Shown here: one piece after another, positions 16,609 to 29,000 of the stretch | Layout: every line of letters begins with the position of its first letter | Position numbering within the stretch: the first letter of the stretch is position 1 | IMG/VR virus record: IMGVR_UViG_3300024346_000030 | Location: 1 to 64,000 of that record | Origin: a virus | Lineage: Duplodnaviria > Caudoviricetes | Length of the DNA stretch: 64,000 nt | Reading direction: 5' to 3' (one strand) | Program-made: the position numbers and the translations under genes | Notes under the pieces: model-generated | What the model saw: only the letters and a program-made list of their open reading frames with translations | Told to the model about the DNA's origin: nothing | Database searches by the model: none

Positions 16609-17739
16609 TTAAACTGGGAATGGTGGGTTTATATTAGCTCCACTACAGATGATTCCTTGGTTTACATCGTCGATACCGCCGAGTTGTACTCCAAAGGTCA
16701 AATCAACCGTCTTGTTCGACCCAATACTAGAACTAAAGCTCTCTGAGTCTAGAGTTGCACCCTTAAGAGTCCATTTCATTTGAGGATCTTTGTTGCAGTC
16801 CTTAAGAAGAATCTCAACAGATCTTGTGTTGTTAGGTGTGCAACCAGCAATGAAGTCAGCTAGGTTTCCAGCTTCTACGTTGTTGAGTACAGCACTAACA
16901 CTTAGGCTTGCGTTGACAGGGAAGTCAACAACCCTTGCAAATGGGAACTTAGATCCGAGTCTCTCAATGGCTGTTCTAGAAAGAGGAACAGAAAGAGATG
17001 CTGACTGGATGTGGAACGCATTGTCGCCGCTAACAGCTGAAAGGTTTGCCTTATCACCTGCATCGGAAAACCCTGGGAATACGAGTGTGATGTCTCCAGG
17101 TCTTAGGGCAGTAGGAGCAATAAGAACGTCGCCTACATCAGATGGAGTTGGTAAAACAATTGGATCAGTTGTAAGTTTAGTGCCGCTCTCTGGGTTGATT
17201 GCTGCAGATTCGCCGACAATAATGTCGTCGCCAACCGTAGCGTTGATTGAGTTAATGTTAGAGCACTCGTAACTTGCTGATACTGTTGGGATTGACCCTA
17301 CAGCGAGCTCTACAGTGTAATCACTGAGGAAAGCGTTTCCTAGTCCGATAACACTGCAATCGTCACCAATTTCAAGTGTTGTAGAATCTGCGCCTTCATC
17401 AGAAGTTACCATGTAGAAGTTTTTGCCACTTGATGACTCTAGTTGACCACTTGGAAACTGTGATGTTTCAGAAATACTGAAACCCATAGCCTGCTCGTTA
17501 ATACCATTTGAAAGGTAGTAACTGAAGTCGAAGTTTACTGTTGGAGACTCAAGAACAAGGGAATCGATTCTTGCTAGGTTTCCATATTGGTTTACGTCTT
17601 CCCTGTTAATAGTGAAACCGTAGTTTGCACTTTGGACTCTGATGAGCTCATGATGTTCTGAAGCTCCTGTAGAAGTTATATCCTTACTTACAAAGAGGGA
17701 TTCTGATTGATAGATTACTCTGTTTCTTGATGTTGCCAT
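16609..17739 (-). CDS. tail tube (major tail) protein, paralog A
   Basis: Shares RNRVIYQSE, RVQSANYGFTINR.DVNQ.GNLARIDSL, RT.IERLGSKFPFAR.VDFP with 17774-18943. Confidence 0.65.
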   Translation of the reverse strand: MATSRNRVIYQSESLFVSKDITSTGASEHHELIRVQSANYGFTINREDVNQYGNLARIDSLVLESPTVNFDFSYYLSNGINEQAMGFSISETSQFPSGQLESSSGKNFYMVTSDEGADSTTLEIGDDCSVIGLGNAFLSDYTVELAVGSIPTVSASYECSNINSINATVGDDIIVGESAAINPESGTKLTTDPIVLPTPSDVGDVLIAPTALRPGDITLVFPGFSDAGDKANLSAVSGDNAFHIQSASLSVPLSRTAIERLGSKFPFARVVDFPVNASLSVSAVLNNVEAGNLADFIAGCTPNNTRSVEILLKDCNKDPQMKWTLKGATLDSESFSSSIGSNKTVDLTFGVQLGGIDDVNQGIICSGANINPPFPV

Positions 17740-17773
17740 ATTAAAAAGATGTTATATTGTTATGATTTTTGTT

Positions 17774-18943
17774 TTACTCCCAAGGAAGTTTTGTGTCGTT
17801 ACTGCCGCTGAAGAATACACCCTTGGTTTTATCTTTAACGCCTCCAAGTTGAGTAGAGAAGGTAAGGTCTACACTCTTATTTGACCCGATGCTTGATGAG
17901 AAGTTCTCAGAATCAAGGGTACAACCAAGAAGTTTAATCTTCATAGCTGGTGTCTGGTCACACTCAAGGAGAGTCAGTGTTACAGAGTTAAGTGACTGCT
18001 CACAACCACTAATTAGATCAGCAAGGTTTTGTGCTTCAACTGTGTTAACTACAGCGCTAACGTTTAGTGTTGCGTTAATTGGGAAATCAACAGTTCTTGC
18101 GAATGGGAACTTAGAACCAAGTCTTTCGATTGGTGTCCTTGAAAGAGGGACAGATAGTGCCGCGCTCTGAACGTGGATTCCGTTATCTCCAACAAGAGAT
18201 GAAAGGGTGTTGCCACTGAAGTCGGAAAGATCGATTTGAATGTCTCCAGGTCTAAGGGCTGTTACCTTATCTCTGTCATCAGCAACATAGTCACCGCTAA
18301 AGGAGTTTCCTGTTGCAAAAGGAATAGATAATGAAGTGCCAAGCGCTGTTCCCAATGTTGGGTTGATTCCTGGGCTTTCGATTCCTGTGAATGATTTGCT
18401 AGCAAGGTCTCCGCTAACTGATGCGTCAGTAGAGATGTTTGAAGCTTCAAAACTTACAGAAGCAGTTGGTAGTGAACCAACGGAAAGATCGAGTGAATAA
18501 TCACTGAGGAATGCATTTCCAATACAGATAAACGTGTTGTCTGTCTCGTTCTCTTGTCTGTTAAGGTTTGCGTCTCTACCTTCTGGGGTAGTTAGAATGA
18601 AAAGGTTTTGACCTGAGTTTGAAACCATGTGACCAGAAGGAAACTGACCCGTAGTTGGGTTGTTTGCGTTCTCAACGTGGAAACCTAAAAGTCTTTCGTT
18701 AAATCCGTTTGTTGGGTAGTATGTTAAGTCAACGTTTACTGTTGGAGCTTCAAGAATCAAAGAGTCGATTCTGGCGAGGTTTCCAAACTGGTTGACATCC
18801 TGCCTGTTGATAGTAAAACCATAGTTTGCACTCTGAACTCTCTGGACCTGTGCGTGGTCAGAAAGACTTGTTGAGTTGTACTCTTTACTAGCAAAAAGCG
18901 CTTCTGATTGGTAGATTACTCTATTTCTGTTATTTATTGCCAT
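17774..18943 (-). CDS. tail tube (major tail) protein, paralog B
   Basis: Tandem paralog of 16609-17739; beta-rich with biased codon usage. Confidence 0.65.
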   Translation of the reverse strand: MAINNRNRVIYQSEALFASKEYNSTSLSDHAQVQRVQSANYGFTINRQDVNQFGNLARIDSLILEAPTVNVDLTYYPTNGFNERLLGFHVENANNPTTGQFPSGHMVSNSGQNLFILTTPEGRDANLNRQENETDNTFICIGNAFLSDYSLDLSVGSLPTASVSFEASNISTDASVSGDLASKSFTGIESPGINPTLGTALGTSLSIPFATGNSFSGDYVADDRDKVTALRPGDIQIDLSDFSGNTLSSLVGDNGIHVQSAALSVPLSRTPIERLGSKFPFARTVDFPINATLNVSAVVNTVEAQNLADLISGCEQSLNSVTLTLLECDQTPAMKIKLLGCTLDSENFSSSIGSNKSVDLTFSTQLGGVKDKTKGVFFSGSNDTKLPWE

Positions 18944-18992
18944 AGCGATTATTATTTAAAATGATTACAGTTGTTTTGGGGGTTTGTGAAAT

Positions 18993-19865
18993 TTATTGAT
19001 GTCTAAATCTATGTTGTTTAAGTTCAAAGTCTATAAAACCTACAAATATATCATTAGATAAGGATTTTCTTGCTCTATCCGTGAGCTTAGATGTGTTAAC
19101 ATCATTGATATACATACCATTACACTTACCGTGCTGTTCTGATAGATCTTTATAGTTATAAACGCCGCTTTTCAAATCGTTAAATTCATTAAACGGGTGC
19201 TCTGACATTGGTATTAATGAAAAACATTCATTTCTTGAGTCGTTAAAGATTGAAAGAACGCCATCAAGCTGATAGCTATCTTCAGATAATACCGAGGCAG
19301 TTATTGTTACCGTGGTTTCTTCCATACCTCCGAAAGCAAAGCCTTTATTTTGTGATGTTGCTGTATTTATAAAAACAGCAGGTATTACTTGGTCGTAAGG
19401 CTGTATGTAGGATTCTGGTTCTGAAAATATTCTTGAGTTGATTTCGTATTTATTTTCAACTATCAAGTCTTCTTCTGTTTCGTTTGTAAAATAAACATTA
19501 AAATCTTTAACTGCGAAATCACAAGTTATATTTAGATTGCTGTCAGAACCCTCTACAAGAACCCTGCCATTATCAAAATCTATAGCATAACCATCTCTGC
19601 TTTGTGTTGTTGGGTTGTATTGTGCAGTTGGGGTGTTTCCTACAGTTATACCGTTTGGTATCGTCGCGCCATTTATGGACGAATCTATGACCCATTGTTT
19701 AAAAGGGCTTCCGTAAACTTCGTAACTAGAATCAGACCTGTCGTCTTTATAGTTTTGAAGACTAACTCCAGTTTTGTTGGTGTAAGCCTCACCTTTTTCT
19801 AGCAAGTAGTTGTCAAACCAAAGAAGAAAAGAGTTGGTTAGTTTATGATGGTATTGTTCGATCAT
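18993..19865 (-). CDS. probable tail terminator/completion protein
   Basis: Immediately upstream of the tail tube genes; C-terminal P.VFIN..TVTITASVLSEDSYQLD..IDFEL pattern. Confidence 0.45.
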   Translation of the reverse strand: MIEQYHHKLTNSFLLWFDNYLLEKGEAYTNKTGVSLQNYKDDRSDSSYEVYGSPFKQWVIDSSINGATIPNGITVGNTPTAQYNPTTQSRDGYAIDFDNGRVLVEGSDSNLNITCDFAVKDFNVYFTNETEEDLIVENKYEINSRIFSEPESYIQPYDQVIPAVFINTATSQNKGFAFGGMEETTVTITASVLSEDSYQLDGVLSIFNDSRNECFSLIPMSEHPFNEFNDLKSGVYNYKDLSEQHGKCNGMYINDVNTSKLTDRARKSLSNDIFVGFIDFELKQHRFRHQ

Positions 19866-20440
19866 TTTATATTTTTAAACTTTTTCTTGTACTTTTTAAG
19901 TAGAGAGGATATATAAGGAACCCTTTTAAATCTTGCTGTTCTGACTTTTTTGTCTGCCTGTATAGCTACACCAGATCTACTTGAAGAAGTTGATTTATTT
20001 AATAAATAACCAAGACCAGATATTCCAGACTCTATACCTTTAGACCAACTTCTACCAGAAGCCCACGGCATTGGGGTTGCGTTGAATATATCTTGAGAGG
20101 TGGGAAAGGATACGTTGAATTTTCTGCCCTTTGTAGATTCTCCGTTATCTGAGTAAGATATGTTTTCTAGTATTTGCAAAATGGGATCTATGGGTTGCTC
20201 AGAAGTGTTGAAACCTATAAATGCGAATAGGTTAGATTTACCTGCTAGCGTACCGCTTATATTAGAGCCTCCTGGTCCAGAAAGTATTTCGATTGTAACT
20301 GGATGACTTAGAAACTCTTTTATCATTTCTTTCTTTGTTTCGTCAAACGCCTTCTTGAAAGCCTTTTTGTAATCTTTTTTTAAAGATTTTTGAGACTTTC
20401 TCTCTATTTTTTTAAGTACGCTTTTTGGTATTTTAATCAT
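19862..20440 (-). CDS. neck/tail completion-like protein
   Basis: Basic 192-aa ORF coupled within the inverted neck-tail block. Confidence 0.45.
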   Translation of the reverse strand: MIKIPKSVLKKIERKSQKSLKKDYKKAFKKAFDETKKEMIKEFLSHPVTIEILSGPGGSNISGTLAGKSNLFAFIGFNTSEQPIDPILQILENISYSDNGESTKGRKFNVSFPTSQDIFNATPMPWASGRSWSKGIESGISGLGYLLNKSTSSSRSGVAIQADKKVRTARFKRVPYISSLLKKYKKKFKNIK

Positions 20441-20901
20441 TAGTCTGTAGACTCGTCAATAGGTGAGAAGTAGAAGGTATAAAATAGGTTTCCAGTTAAC
20501 CCGTAAGGCTTACCGTCTGTATGTATTGAAAACCTTTTTCCGTCGAACTCCACTCTTCTGGCTTCTTTTATATAGTCGTAACCCTCTTTTTTTACTATAA
20601 CCTTAACAGAGCCCTCCGCAAGAATAATCTTTGTTTGGCTTTTTTCGTTATTTAGTAGCCCCTCTTCCGTTTTAATATAATATATTCTAGCGTCAAAGGT
20701 TTCGGATAAAGTTGTATACTCTACACTGTCTCTTTTCCCTAAGTTGTTTCTACTATATATAGAGTTGTATTTGGGGTCGTGAGCTATAAGTGTTTTTTTG
20801 CCGTTCTTATAAACGGTAATTGTTTGAGAAAACGTATCATGCAATTTATTATATAAAAAGTCTATGTTTTCTATTTGTGATGAAGATAAGAACCCTGCCA
20901 T
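20440..20901 (-). CDS. probable head closure (stopper) protein (start reassigned to 20901)
   Basis: FSQTITVYK..DARIYY..VKVIVK..RRVEFDGKRF; GTGTA (20911-20915, minus strand) lies 14 nt upstream of ATG 20901. Confidence 0.5.
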   Translation of the reverse strand: MAGFLSSSQIENIDFLYNKLHDTFSQTITVYKNGKKTLIAHDPKYNSIYSRNNLGKRDSVEYTTLSETFDARIYYIKTEEGLLNNEKSQTKIILAEGSVKVIVKKEGYDYIKEARRVEFDGKRFSIHTDGKPYGLTGNLFYTFYFSPIDESTD

Positions 20902-20947
20902 GTTGAAAATTACACTTTTTTTCGTATTATTATACGAGGTTAACGGT

Positions 20948-21235
20948 ATGAACGCTAAAAAAATTCTAAATGATGCTTCTAATAAGGAGATTTCTAATCT
21001 TTTTAAGATGTTATTGATACTGCTGGAGGACATGAAACAAGATCATGATTTCCATTATAAAAAGCTTTACGATAATATACCTAAGAAATATCATTCAGTA
21101 ATAGACACCGCAAATCACTTCACTCCAGAAAAAATATCATGGATAAGGAAAAGGATTCTGGATTTTGGTAATGAGTCTATTAGAAATGTTGAAAGCGAGC
21201 TCGAAAACTATCAAGTAACATTTAAATTTAAATAA
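20948..21235 (+). CDS. hypothetical protein (start reassigned to 20948)
   Basis: MNAKKILNDAS..; divergent from the neck block. Confidence 0.6.
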   Translation: MNAKKILNDASNKEISNLFKMLLILLEDMKQDHDFHYKKLYDNIPKKYHSVIDTANHFTPEKISWIRKRILDFGNESIRNVESELENYQVTFKFK

Positions 21236-21241
21236 AGGAAT

Positions 21242-22024
21242 ATGGAAAACAAAACATTATATCAGTTTACCTTAGATAAGGAAACAGAAAAGACAGTAGA
21301 ATCAACCAGAAAAAATAAAAAAACTGGTGAGGAAACAATTACTAAAAGAAAGAAGAAGATCAAAGAGCCTATCCAGGTTCAAATCAAAAGACCTAGCAGA
21401 AGAGAGCTAGAAGAGGCTGAGTTGGTTTACTCTATTGAAATGAGTAAGTGCATCAAAAGCGGTATCCTTACTAAGGCTATGCTTGGTAAAAAGTATAGTG
21501 ATACTGGTGGTGTCTTCAGTAAAGAAGACTCAGATAATTATGCAGAGCTTTATAAATCTGCTCTAGATCTTCAGAACGAGTATGTTAGATTGGATACAGC
21601 CAAGAAGAGAACTGAGGCTCAAGAGTCTAGGTTTGAAAAAGTTAAGGGTGAGATCGCTGTGAACAGAACAGCAATCATCGATTTCGAATCAAACTTCCAA
21701 TCTCTTTTTGATCACACAGCAGATTCAAGAGCTCAAAATAAAATACTTTTGTGGTATTGTTTGCAACTTACTTATGTTTATGACGAAGAAAAAGACAAGT
21801 TCGTAGAATACTTTGAAGGTGCTGATTTCGAAGAAAAAACGAAGTCTTATTACGATCTCGAGGAAGCTGACGATAATTTTTATTGGGATTTAATCAAGAA
21901 GGTTACAACTGTTGTAGCATTTTGGTATTTCAATCAGGCTTCTACGCAGGACGAGTTTGAGGAGCTTATCGATAAAGTTGATTCTGGTGAGTTTAACGGC
22001 GACCTTGAGGATGCGACCGCTTAG
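21242..22024 (+). CDS. probable tail assembly chaperone
   Basis: Acidic/coiled-coil ORF two genes upstream of the tape measure. Confidence 0.5.
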   Translation: MENKTLYQFTLDKETEKTVESTRKNKKTGEETITKRKKKIKEPIQVQIKRPSRRELEEAELVYSIEMSKCIKSGILTKAMLGKKYSDTGGVFSKEDSDNYAELYKSALDLQNEYVRLDTAKKRTEAQESRFEKVKGEIAVNRTAIIDFESNFQSLFDHTADSRAQNKILLWYCLQLTYVYDEEKDKFVEYFEGADFEEKTKSYYDLEEADDNFYWDLIKKVTTVVAFWYFNQASTQDEFEELIDKVDSGEFNGDLEDATA

Positions 22025-23004
22025 TGAATGAAGAATTTTACATATCTTTAGCGGGTGAAATATTTGACGGGTATACCGAGTTCGATTTTAACGGTCGAGC
22101 TCTATACCTAAAACACCTTACTATAAAAGACCAAAGAAATCTCCATTTATACTACGAGAAGTATAAGGAGAAGGCTTTGAGCAAGGGTGTGGAGTCTGAA
22201 GAGGATATACTATCTAGGATAAAAGAAGATGGACTGTGGACTGAAGACGACGATCTCAAGATAGATAACTTAGGGAAAGAACTGGAAAACCTAAGAAAAA
22301 CAAAAGAAAGTTTCTTTCTTCAGTCTCAAAAAGACGATACTCAAAAAACAATATTAGAAAAAGAATCTGAATACTATACGCTACTCTATAAGAGAAAGGA
22401 GCTGGTAGGTAAAACTGCAGAGGATTATGCATCCAATATGTCGTCTACGGAGATGATTAGGTACTTTGTTTATAATTCCAAGGACTTAACAAATCAAGCA
22501 TTCACCGAAAAAGAATTCGATGATATGGATGATGACGACCTTCTTAAGCTAAAAAAAATCCAATTAAATGTTTCTAATCTGATGGTCGAAAAGACTATAC
22601 AAGAAGTTGTTTTAAGGCCGTTTTTTGGTTTGTATTTATCTTTTTGTGATAACGCTAGAGATTTTTTTGGCAAGCCGTTAATATATCTGTCAGTTTATCA
22701 ATTGAAAATGGTTGTATTCGGTCGTATATTCCAAAGCATATTCCAGCATGTAGAGGATATACCAGACAACATAAAAGATAATCCAGAAAAGTTATTGGCT
22801 TTTGCAGACGGCAAAAGAAATGGAGGTACGGCTAAGGATAAATTTATCAAGGATGATGCAGCTGGTTCTACTATATTTGGAGGTACAAAAGAAGATGTTG
22901 AAAACCTTAACAAGGATAATGGTGGGGTGTCTCTATCTAAAGAAATTAAAAAGGCTGGCGGCAAGCTGACCATGGAACAAATGATCAATTTGGCGGGACA
23001 ATAA
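22024..23004 (+). CDS. probable tail assembly chaperone 2
   Basis: TAG/GTG overlap with the previous gene; directly precedes the tape measure. Confidence 0.5.
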   Translation: MNEEFYISLAGEIFDGYTEFDFNGRALYLKHLTIKDQRNLHLYYEKYKEKALSKGVESEEDILSRIKEDGLWTEDDDLKIDNLGKELENLRKTKESFFLQSQKDDTQKTILEKESEYYTLLYKRKELVGKTAEDYASNMSSTEMIRYFVYNSKDLTNQAFTEKEFDDMDDDDLLKLKKIQLNVSNLMVEKTIQEVVLRPFFGLYLSFCDNARDFFGKPLIYLSVYQLKMVVFGRIFQSIFQHVEDIPDNIKDNPEKLLAFADGKRNGGTAKDKFIKDDAAGSTIFGGTKEDVENLNKDNGGVSLSKEIKKAGGKLTMEQMINLAGQ

Positions 23005-23048
23005 TTAAATTTTGGTGTAATTAGAACCAAGGATAAAAGGTTTCACCC

Positions 23049-26000
23049 ATGCCAGAATCAGTACCATTACCATTAAGAGGAGAATTAGAAAATGTTAGGC
23101 AGCTTGAAAGGCAGGTCCAATCATTAGCTAAAAAAGCTAGCAAAAATTTAAAAATAGATTTTGGTAGTGGAAAGAAGAACATTGAAAGCTTATCTCAGCC
23201 TCTCGGTAGGATTACGGGAAAAGCCGACGAGTTTACAAAGTCAATGGAGGCAGCTAACGCTCGCGTTATTGCTTTCGGAGCTTCTGTTGGTATCCTTTCT
23301 GCGGTAACGCAAAGTTTTAAAGCATTAGTATCAACAACAATTGAAGTTGAACAAAAATTGGCTTCAATTAACGCCATTCTAAATACCAATGTCTCAGGCC
23401 TAGAGAAACTAAAAGGCCAAATTTTTGACATAGCTAGAAACACAGAACAAACATTCGATACTGTGGCAGAGGCCGCACTTGAATTGTCTAGACAGGGTTT
23501 GTCTGCTTCTGAGGTAACGAAGAGACTGAACGACTCCTTGATTCTTGCTCGTTTGTCTGGTGTAGGTGCAGCCGAGGCAGTTGGAAGTTTGACTGCTGCT
23601 GTTAACGGATTTTCTGCCTCTGGATTAACAACATCAGAGATACTCAACAAGGTTAGTGCCGCAGCAAACAAATTTGCTGTATCTGAAAGGGATTTGTTTG
23701 AAGGATTCAAGCGTTCGGCTTCTGTTGCTCAACAGGCTGGAGTAAGCCTAGATGAGCTTGGAGGTATTATTACTGCCGTCCAGCAAAAAACCGCCCGTGG
23801 TGGAGCTGTTATTGGAAACTCATTTAAAACAATTTTTACAAGGATTGGAAGATCCGAAAACCTAAACTTACTTGAATCTGTAGGTGTTCAAATTACTGAC
23901 TTACAGGGTAATATACTTCCAGCAACAAAACTCATAGAGGGGTTAGCTCAACAATTATCTAGTTTAGATGATGTACAGGTTAGATCAATAACTGAGAAGA
24001 TTGGTGGAGGATTCCAGATAGCGCCGTTACTTGCTGCACTTCAAGATTACAGCTCTGAAAACTCAGTTGCTATTCAGGCCACTGAAGCTTTTGCCAACGC
24101 TACGGATGAGGCTTACAGAAAGAACATCGCTTTGAATCAGACGTTGTCTGCAGCTATACAGTCAACATCTTTGACTGTAAAAGAGTTGGCTAATACTCTT
24201 GGTGAACTAGGTATTACAGATGTATTTGGCACTCTTTTGAGTTCTGTACAGAGTCTTATCTCAAATATAACAGACTTGTTACAAGGGGATGGGCTAGGTT
24301 CTACTTTTGCAAGAGGTTTTGTTAAGGGTGTTAGTGGTTTAATACTACCAGCTATTGGTTTGGTGTTGGTAATTATAGGAAAGTTATCAAAAGACTTGAT
24401 TAAGTTTGGCATAGATTCCCTCAAAACATTTTTGGGTCTTGGCAACGCAGCAGAAAGACTTAAGTCCGTAGAGCAAAAAACATTTCAGGTACTCCTTAAC
24501 AATGAAGCTGTAAGGAAACAAATTTTAGCTATAGAGAACTCATCTATAACCGTTGAACAGAAAAGATTACTGCAGTCGGAGCTTTTTACAAAATCTCTAT
24601 TAGGGCAAAGAACTCTTCTACAAGAACTGCAACAAATATCAGCTAGGGTTGCTCCTGGGATAATTGCTGGTGTTGGAGCTGGTAAGTCTAGGGTTGGGCG
24701 GAGTGCTGGTGGATTTTTACCAGTAGGAGCCGAGAAGAGTGATATTTCAAGAGGTGTAGGAGGAGCTCCTTCTTCAGCTAAACCAGTTGTTATTCCTAAC
24801 TTCGCATTTGGCGGAGGACAAAAAGGAACAATGGTCGCTAATAGTAGTGAATATATAGTTCCTAACTTTGCTGGTGGTGGATCTGCTATATTTAACCAAG
24901 ACATGGTTAAGTCAATGGGCTTACCAAGTGGAGCAAAGAAGATAAACGCGGCTGGAGGGTTTATACCAAACTTTGCTTTTGGAAATTCGTATAGTTTAGA
25001 TAGGATTGAAAACAGAAGCACCCCTTCTGATTTTTATTCAAAGGGTGTACTAAAAGATTCGGCTAGAAATTTTATAGACAAAAACCCAAAAGACCCAAGA
25101 GCTGCAGCTATTTTAGCTAAAGACCCAAAGAAAAAAGCAGCAGGTCAATTAGATTTATCTGTTAACGGCAGAAGATATGGAATAGCTTCTATAGGTACCG
25201 ACCTTAAAGCTGGTAACGAAACACCATTCGATATAGCCCCAAAACCTTTATCCTCTTTTGCATCCTCTTCATCTTTATCTTCTCCGACAGCTAAGGCTTT
25301 GATTGAGCAAGGTTATAACACAATAAGTTTTAGAAAGGTTCAGGTAAAATCTTTACAAGAGAACGAGTTACAAAATGCTGTAGAAAAAAACAGAAATAGG
25401 CTTTTTGATTATTTTTTACAACCACTAGCATCTTACGGCAAGGACTTGCTGGGTAGTTCTGGGCTATTCAAAGGTAACGATCTTAATGATGCCACAAAAC
25501 TTATAGACACAAAGAATAATAAGAAATTATTTTCTAAAGGTGCCGAAGGAGGAATATTTGAGTCTGCCGTTGATTTAATAACAAAGGGGATTTCTGGCTT
25601 GCCTTCAATCGGAGACTCAGAAACCTCTCCTTTTGATTTCGAAGAAACTGGATCTGCTTCAAGCGAGCTAAAAAAGGCTTTTGGTTTTAGTAATGCATTA
25701 AAAAAGGCAGACGCCAAAAGAACAGCCTCCACTACTACTGTTGGTAGTGTAGTAGGTAAAGCTTTAAGGGATGGAGAAGAATCTTCATACATAAAAAGTT
25801 TAGCTAAAAGAAGGTTAAAATCGGTCGCCAAAAAAGCATCTACTGGCTACATCCCTAACTTTGCAATGAGTCCTATCGATGACGCTATTCAACGCGAAAA
25901 AGATGCTGGAGTTCCTGTCAATCAAATTAGAATAAATCAAAGCGGCAAATTAAGAAGCAGCCAAAACCCAAATGGTGTTGCTGTTACTAATACAAGAGAT

Positions 26001-29000
26001 GAACCTACTGGAAGAATACCTCAAACTGCGGCTAGAGGTTTTGTTCCTAACTTTGTGGGGACTTTCATGGCAGATAGCGCTCGCAAAGCCAACAAAAACA
26101 GCAATAACTCAAACGGAGGAAATAGTGATAATGGTGAAGCTGCGAGTGACGCTTCTGGTAGACTTTTTGCATTAAGTACTGCAGCGTTTGTTTTGCAGGG
26201 AGCTTTTAGTAGTGTCGGTGAGGAAGCCACAGGAGCATCCAAAACAATGTCTGAACTAGCGGCGGGAGCCTCAAAGGCTGTTACTACTCTTTTACTTTTA
26301 CAGGGTTTTGGTGTTAAATTGGGTAGGGGTCAGGGATTTATACCAGAAAAGACGCCATCGCTTGGACTTGGGGAGGACGGAAAAATTGGTAAAATTTTTG
26401 GAGTTCTCGGTAAGGTTCTGCCTGGTTTAGGTAAGGGGTTTGGCTTTTTTGCAAAGCTTCTTCCTAGATTAATTCCTGGAGTAGGACAGGCTGTTATTGC
26501 GTTCCAGATTTTATCACCAATCATAAAATCGCTTGCTAATAAATTTAAACCACTTGGAAATGCTCTAGATTACTTTAAAGATAAATTACTTGAGTTTGCG
26601 GGCCTTATACCTGGAATTGATTCTCCCCAAGAAAGAGAAGCAAAAAAAAGAGCAAAAGAATCGAAAACAGATCTTTCAAAGATACTTACTAATAAAGAAT
26701 TTGGTAAAAATATTTTTGCTGGCAAAAACAGAAGAGCAGACGAGATAAGGAGGGGAGTTGCAGATGAAAACACAGGTACTGATCAAGCAGGTAAGGATCA
26801 GGTTTTAGTTAACTCAATAGAGAGGGAAATAAGCAGAATATCACCTACGGCTGAAACTTCAGACACCGTTAACGGTATTATTGCTACATTTTCAGAATTT
26901 CAAAGATCGACTCTTGCTGATGACCCAGGAAGTTTAGAGCGGTTAATAAACCAACAACTTTCGAAGTTACCACAAGATAAGCAGGGGCAGTTTGGCAAAG
27001 TTACAGATGCTATATCGGAGAAAAAAGCTCAACTTAAGTCAGAAAAACGACCAGAATCAAGAACAAGGATTAAACAAGAATTAATTGAACAAGAAAAAAT
27101 TAGAGAGAGTTTAGTCGACCTTCTTTTGAAGGAAGCCAAGGTTGCCGAAGAGACAGAACAAATAGAAATAAGAAAAATATCAACCCTTAAAGCTATAGAC
27201 GATTTAAGAAGAAGTGCGTTTCTTTCTGCTTCAAAAGCATTGATTGGAACTACTAGTGAGCTTGAATTTCAATTGAAACTTCAAAATTCTCTAAAACAAA
27301 CTTCTGACTTAACAAAGTCTTCAAGCGAAAGACAACTGAGATCCATAGATCAAGAAAAGAAAAAAAGAATAGAGCTTTTAGATGTTTTTGATGCGTCTGT
27401 AACTCAGAATAAAGAGCTTCAAGTAAGTGCTCTGCCTGGAGGTAAACTTATTAAGGATTCAGACATAAAGCGAAGAGATGATGCTTTGGCATCGGCTAGA
27501 TTTCAGGTTCAAGAAACTGGAACATTTGATGAGAATCAATTAAGAAGTGAACTTGAAAATTCTGGCTTAGTAAAAGGCAATCTAGAAGATATCATTAAAT
27601 TAGCCAAGGAAAGTTTTAAAATAAGAAGCGCAGAAATAAATGCACAGAACGCGGAAATAAATATACAAAAAGAAAACTTAAAACTGATTAAGCTTGCTGT
27701 CCAAGAAGAAAAAAATAGAGAAACTATTACCCAGAGGATACTGGATCTAAAAGGAGAGGAATTAAGTAGACAGCGAACTAGCGCCGAAATTCAGAGGGAT
27801 CTGGATATAAGCAACATAAAGCTAAAAGGTGGATCTATACAGAGCGAAGGACAAGCATTCGCCCAAGAAAAAGCAATAAACAATGTAAACAAAAACTTTA
27901 CACGTAACGACTTTGAAAGACAGCGAGGATTGGCACAGGAAACCTTACTAAAAGATGTCATAAACACATTGAAGGATCAGGGTGTTAACGTAGATAGAGC
28001 CACACAAGGAAGCTTAAGAGAAAGCCTTCAAGGAGAAGGAGGATCATTAGGTAGTTTTAAGCAAGCTGCCGATAAACTTGTTACAGACTTAAACACAGAA
28101 AGAAAGCAAGAGAAAACAGATGCCATACAAGCAAAAATAGAAGCTAAGGAATCTTTGTTACAAAATATAAGGCTAAATCAAAACATAAGCAATAAGAATA
28201 GAGATGCTGCAGATATACAATTACAAGCTGCTAAATTAAATCTTCAGGCTTCCGATCCAGCTGCAGCCGCCAATGAAAACTCTTTTGGATCTTTGACTCT
28301 GTCTGAGTTGCGGGAAAAATTATCAAAAATTCAAAGTGATACATTATCTAAAAGAGATGAATTGGGTAGGTTGTCGGGAGAGTTTGGTCCTGGTAAAGAA
28401 ACCGATGAACAAATAAAATTAATAAAAGCAAATAACGAACTAGAATCCACTATTCAAGCTTTTATAAAGATAAGAGCATCAAATGCAACTGTTGTTTTTG
28501 ACAAAACATTAGAAAAATCGGTTAAGGCAGGTCTAACTGGTTTGAAGGAGGATCTTGCAGCTGCTAAAAAAGAAACTGGTAGCGGCGCTACAGGTATAGA
28601 CAGTTTTACATCCTCTTTAAAAGATTACGAAGCAAAAAGAGCGGGTCTTGAAAAGCTTGAAAGAATAGCTCTTAACGATTTTGAATTAGCGATAAGAGAC
28701 GCTTCTGGTGGCCTTACAATATTTGGTAATCTTTTGTTAAAGGAGATTGCTAATTCTGAACCAAGAAGACAGCAGGCTCTTTTTCAAGCAAAAACCAGTA
28801 CAGACCCAAGTCAAATACTTTCAGGTTTGATTGGAGCTAGAAGAGAGTCGGTACTTCAGTCTAGTGGTAGTGTAGCAGAAGCGAATGAATCTCAATTATT
28901 GCTTGAGAAAAAATTAACCTTAATAGAGGCTACAAGTACAGCCCAAAGAATACAAGCAGAGGAAGAATATAATATTAATCTGCAAATATTAAAGATAAGG

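Noticed and set aside
21242-23004. Programmed -1 frameshift between tail chaperones (lambda G/GT type)
   Set aside because: No slippery heptamer seen near the end of 21242-22024; the genes are simply coupled by a TAG/GTG overlap
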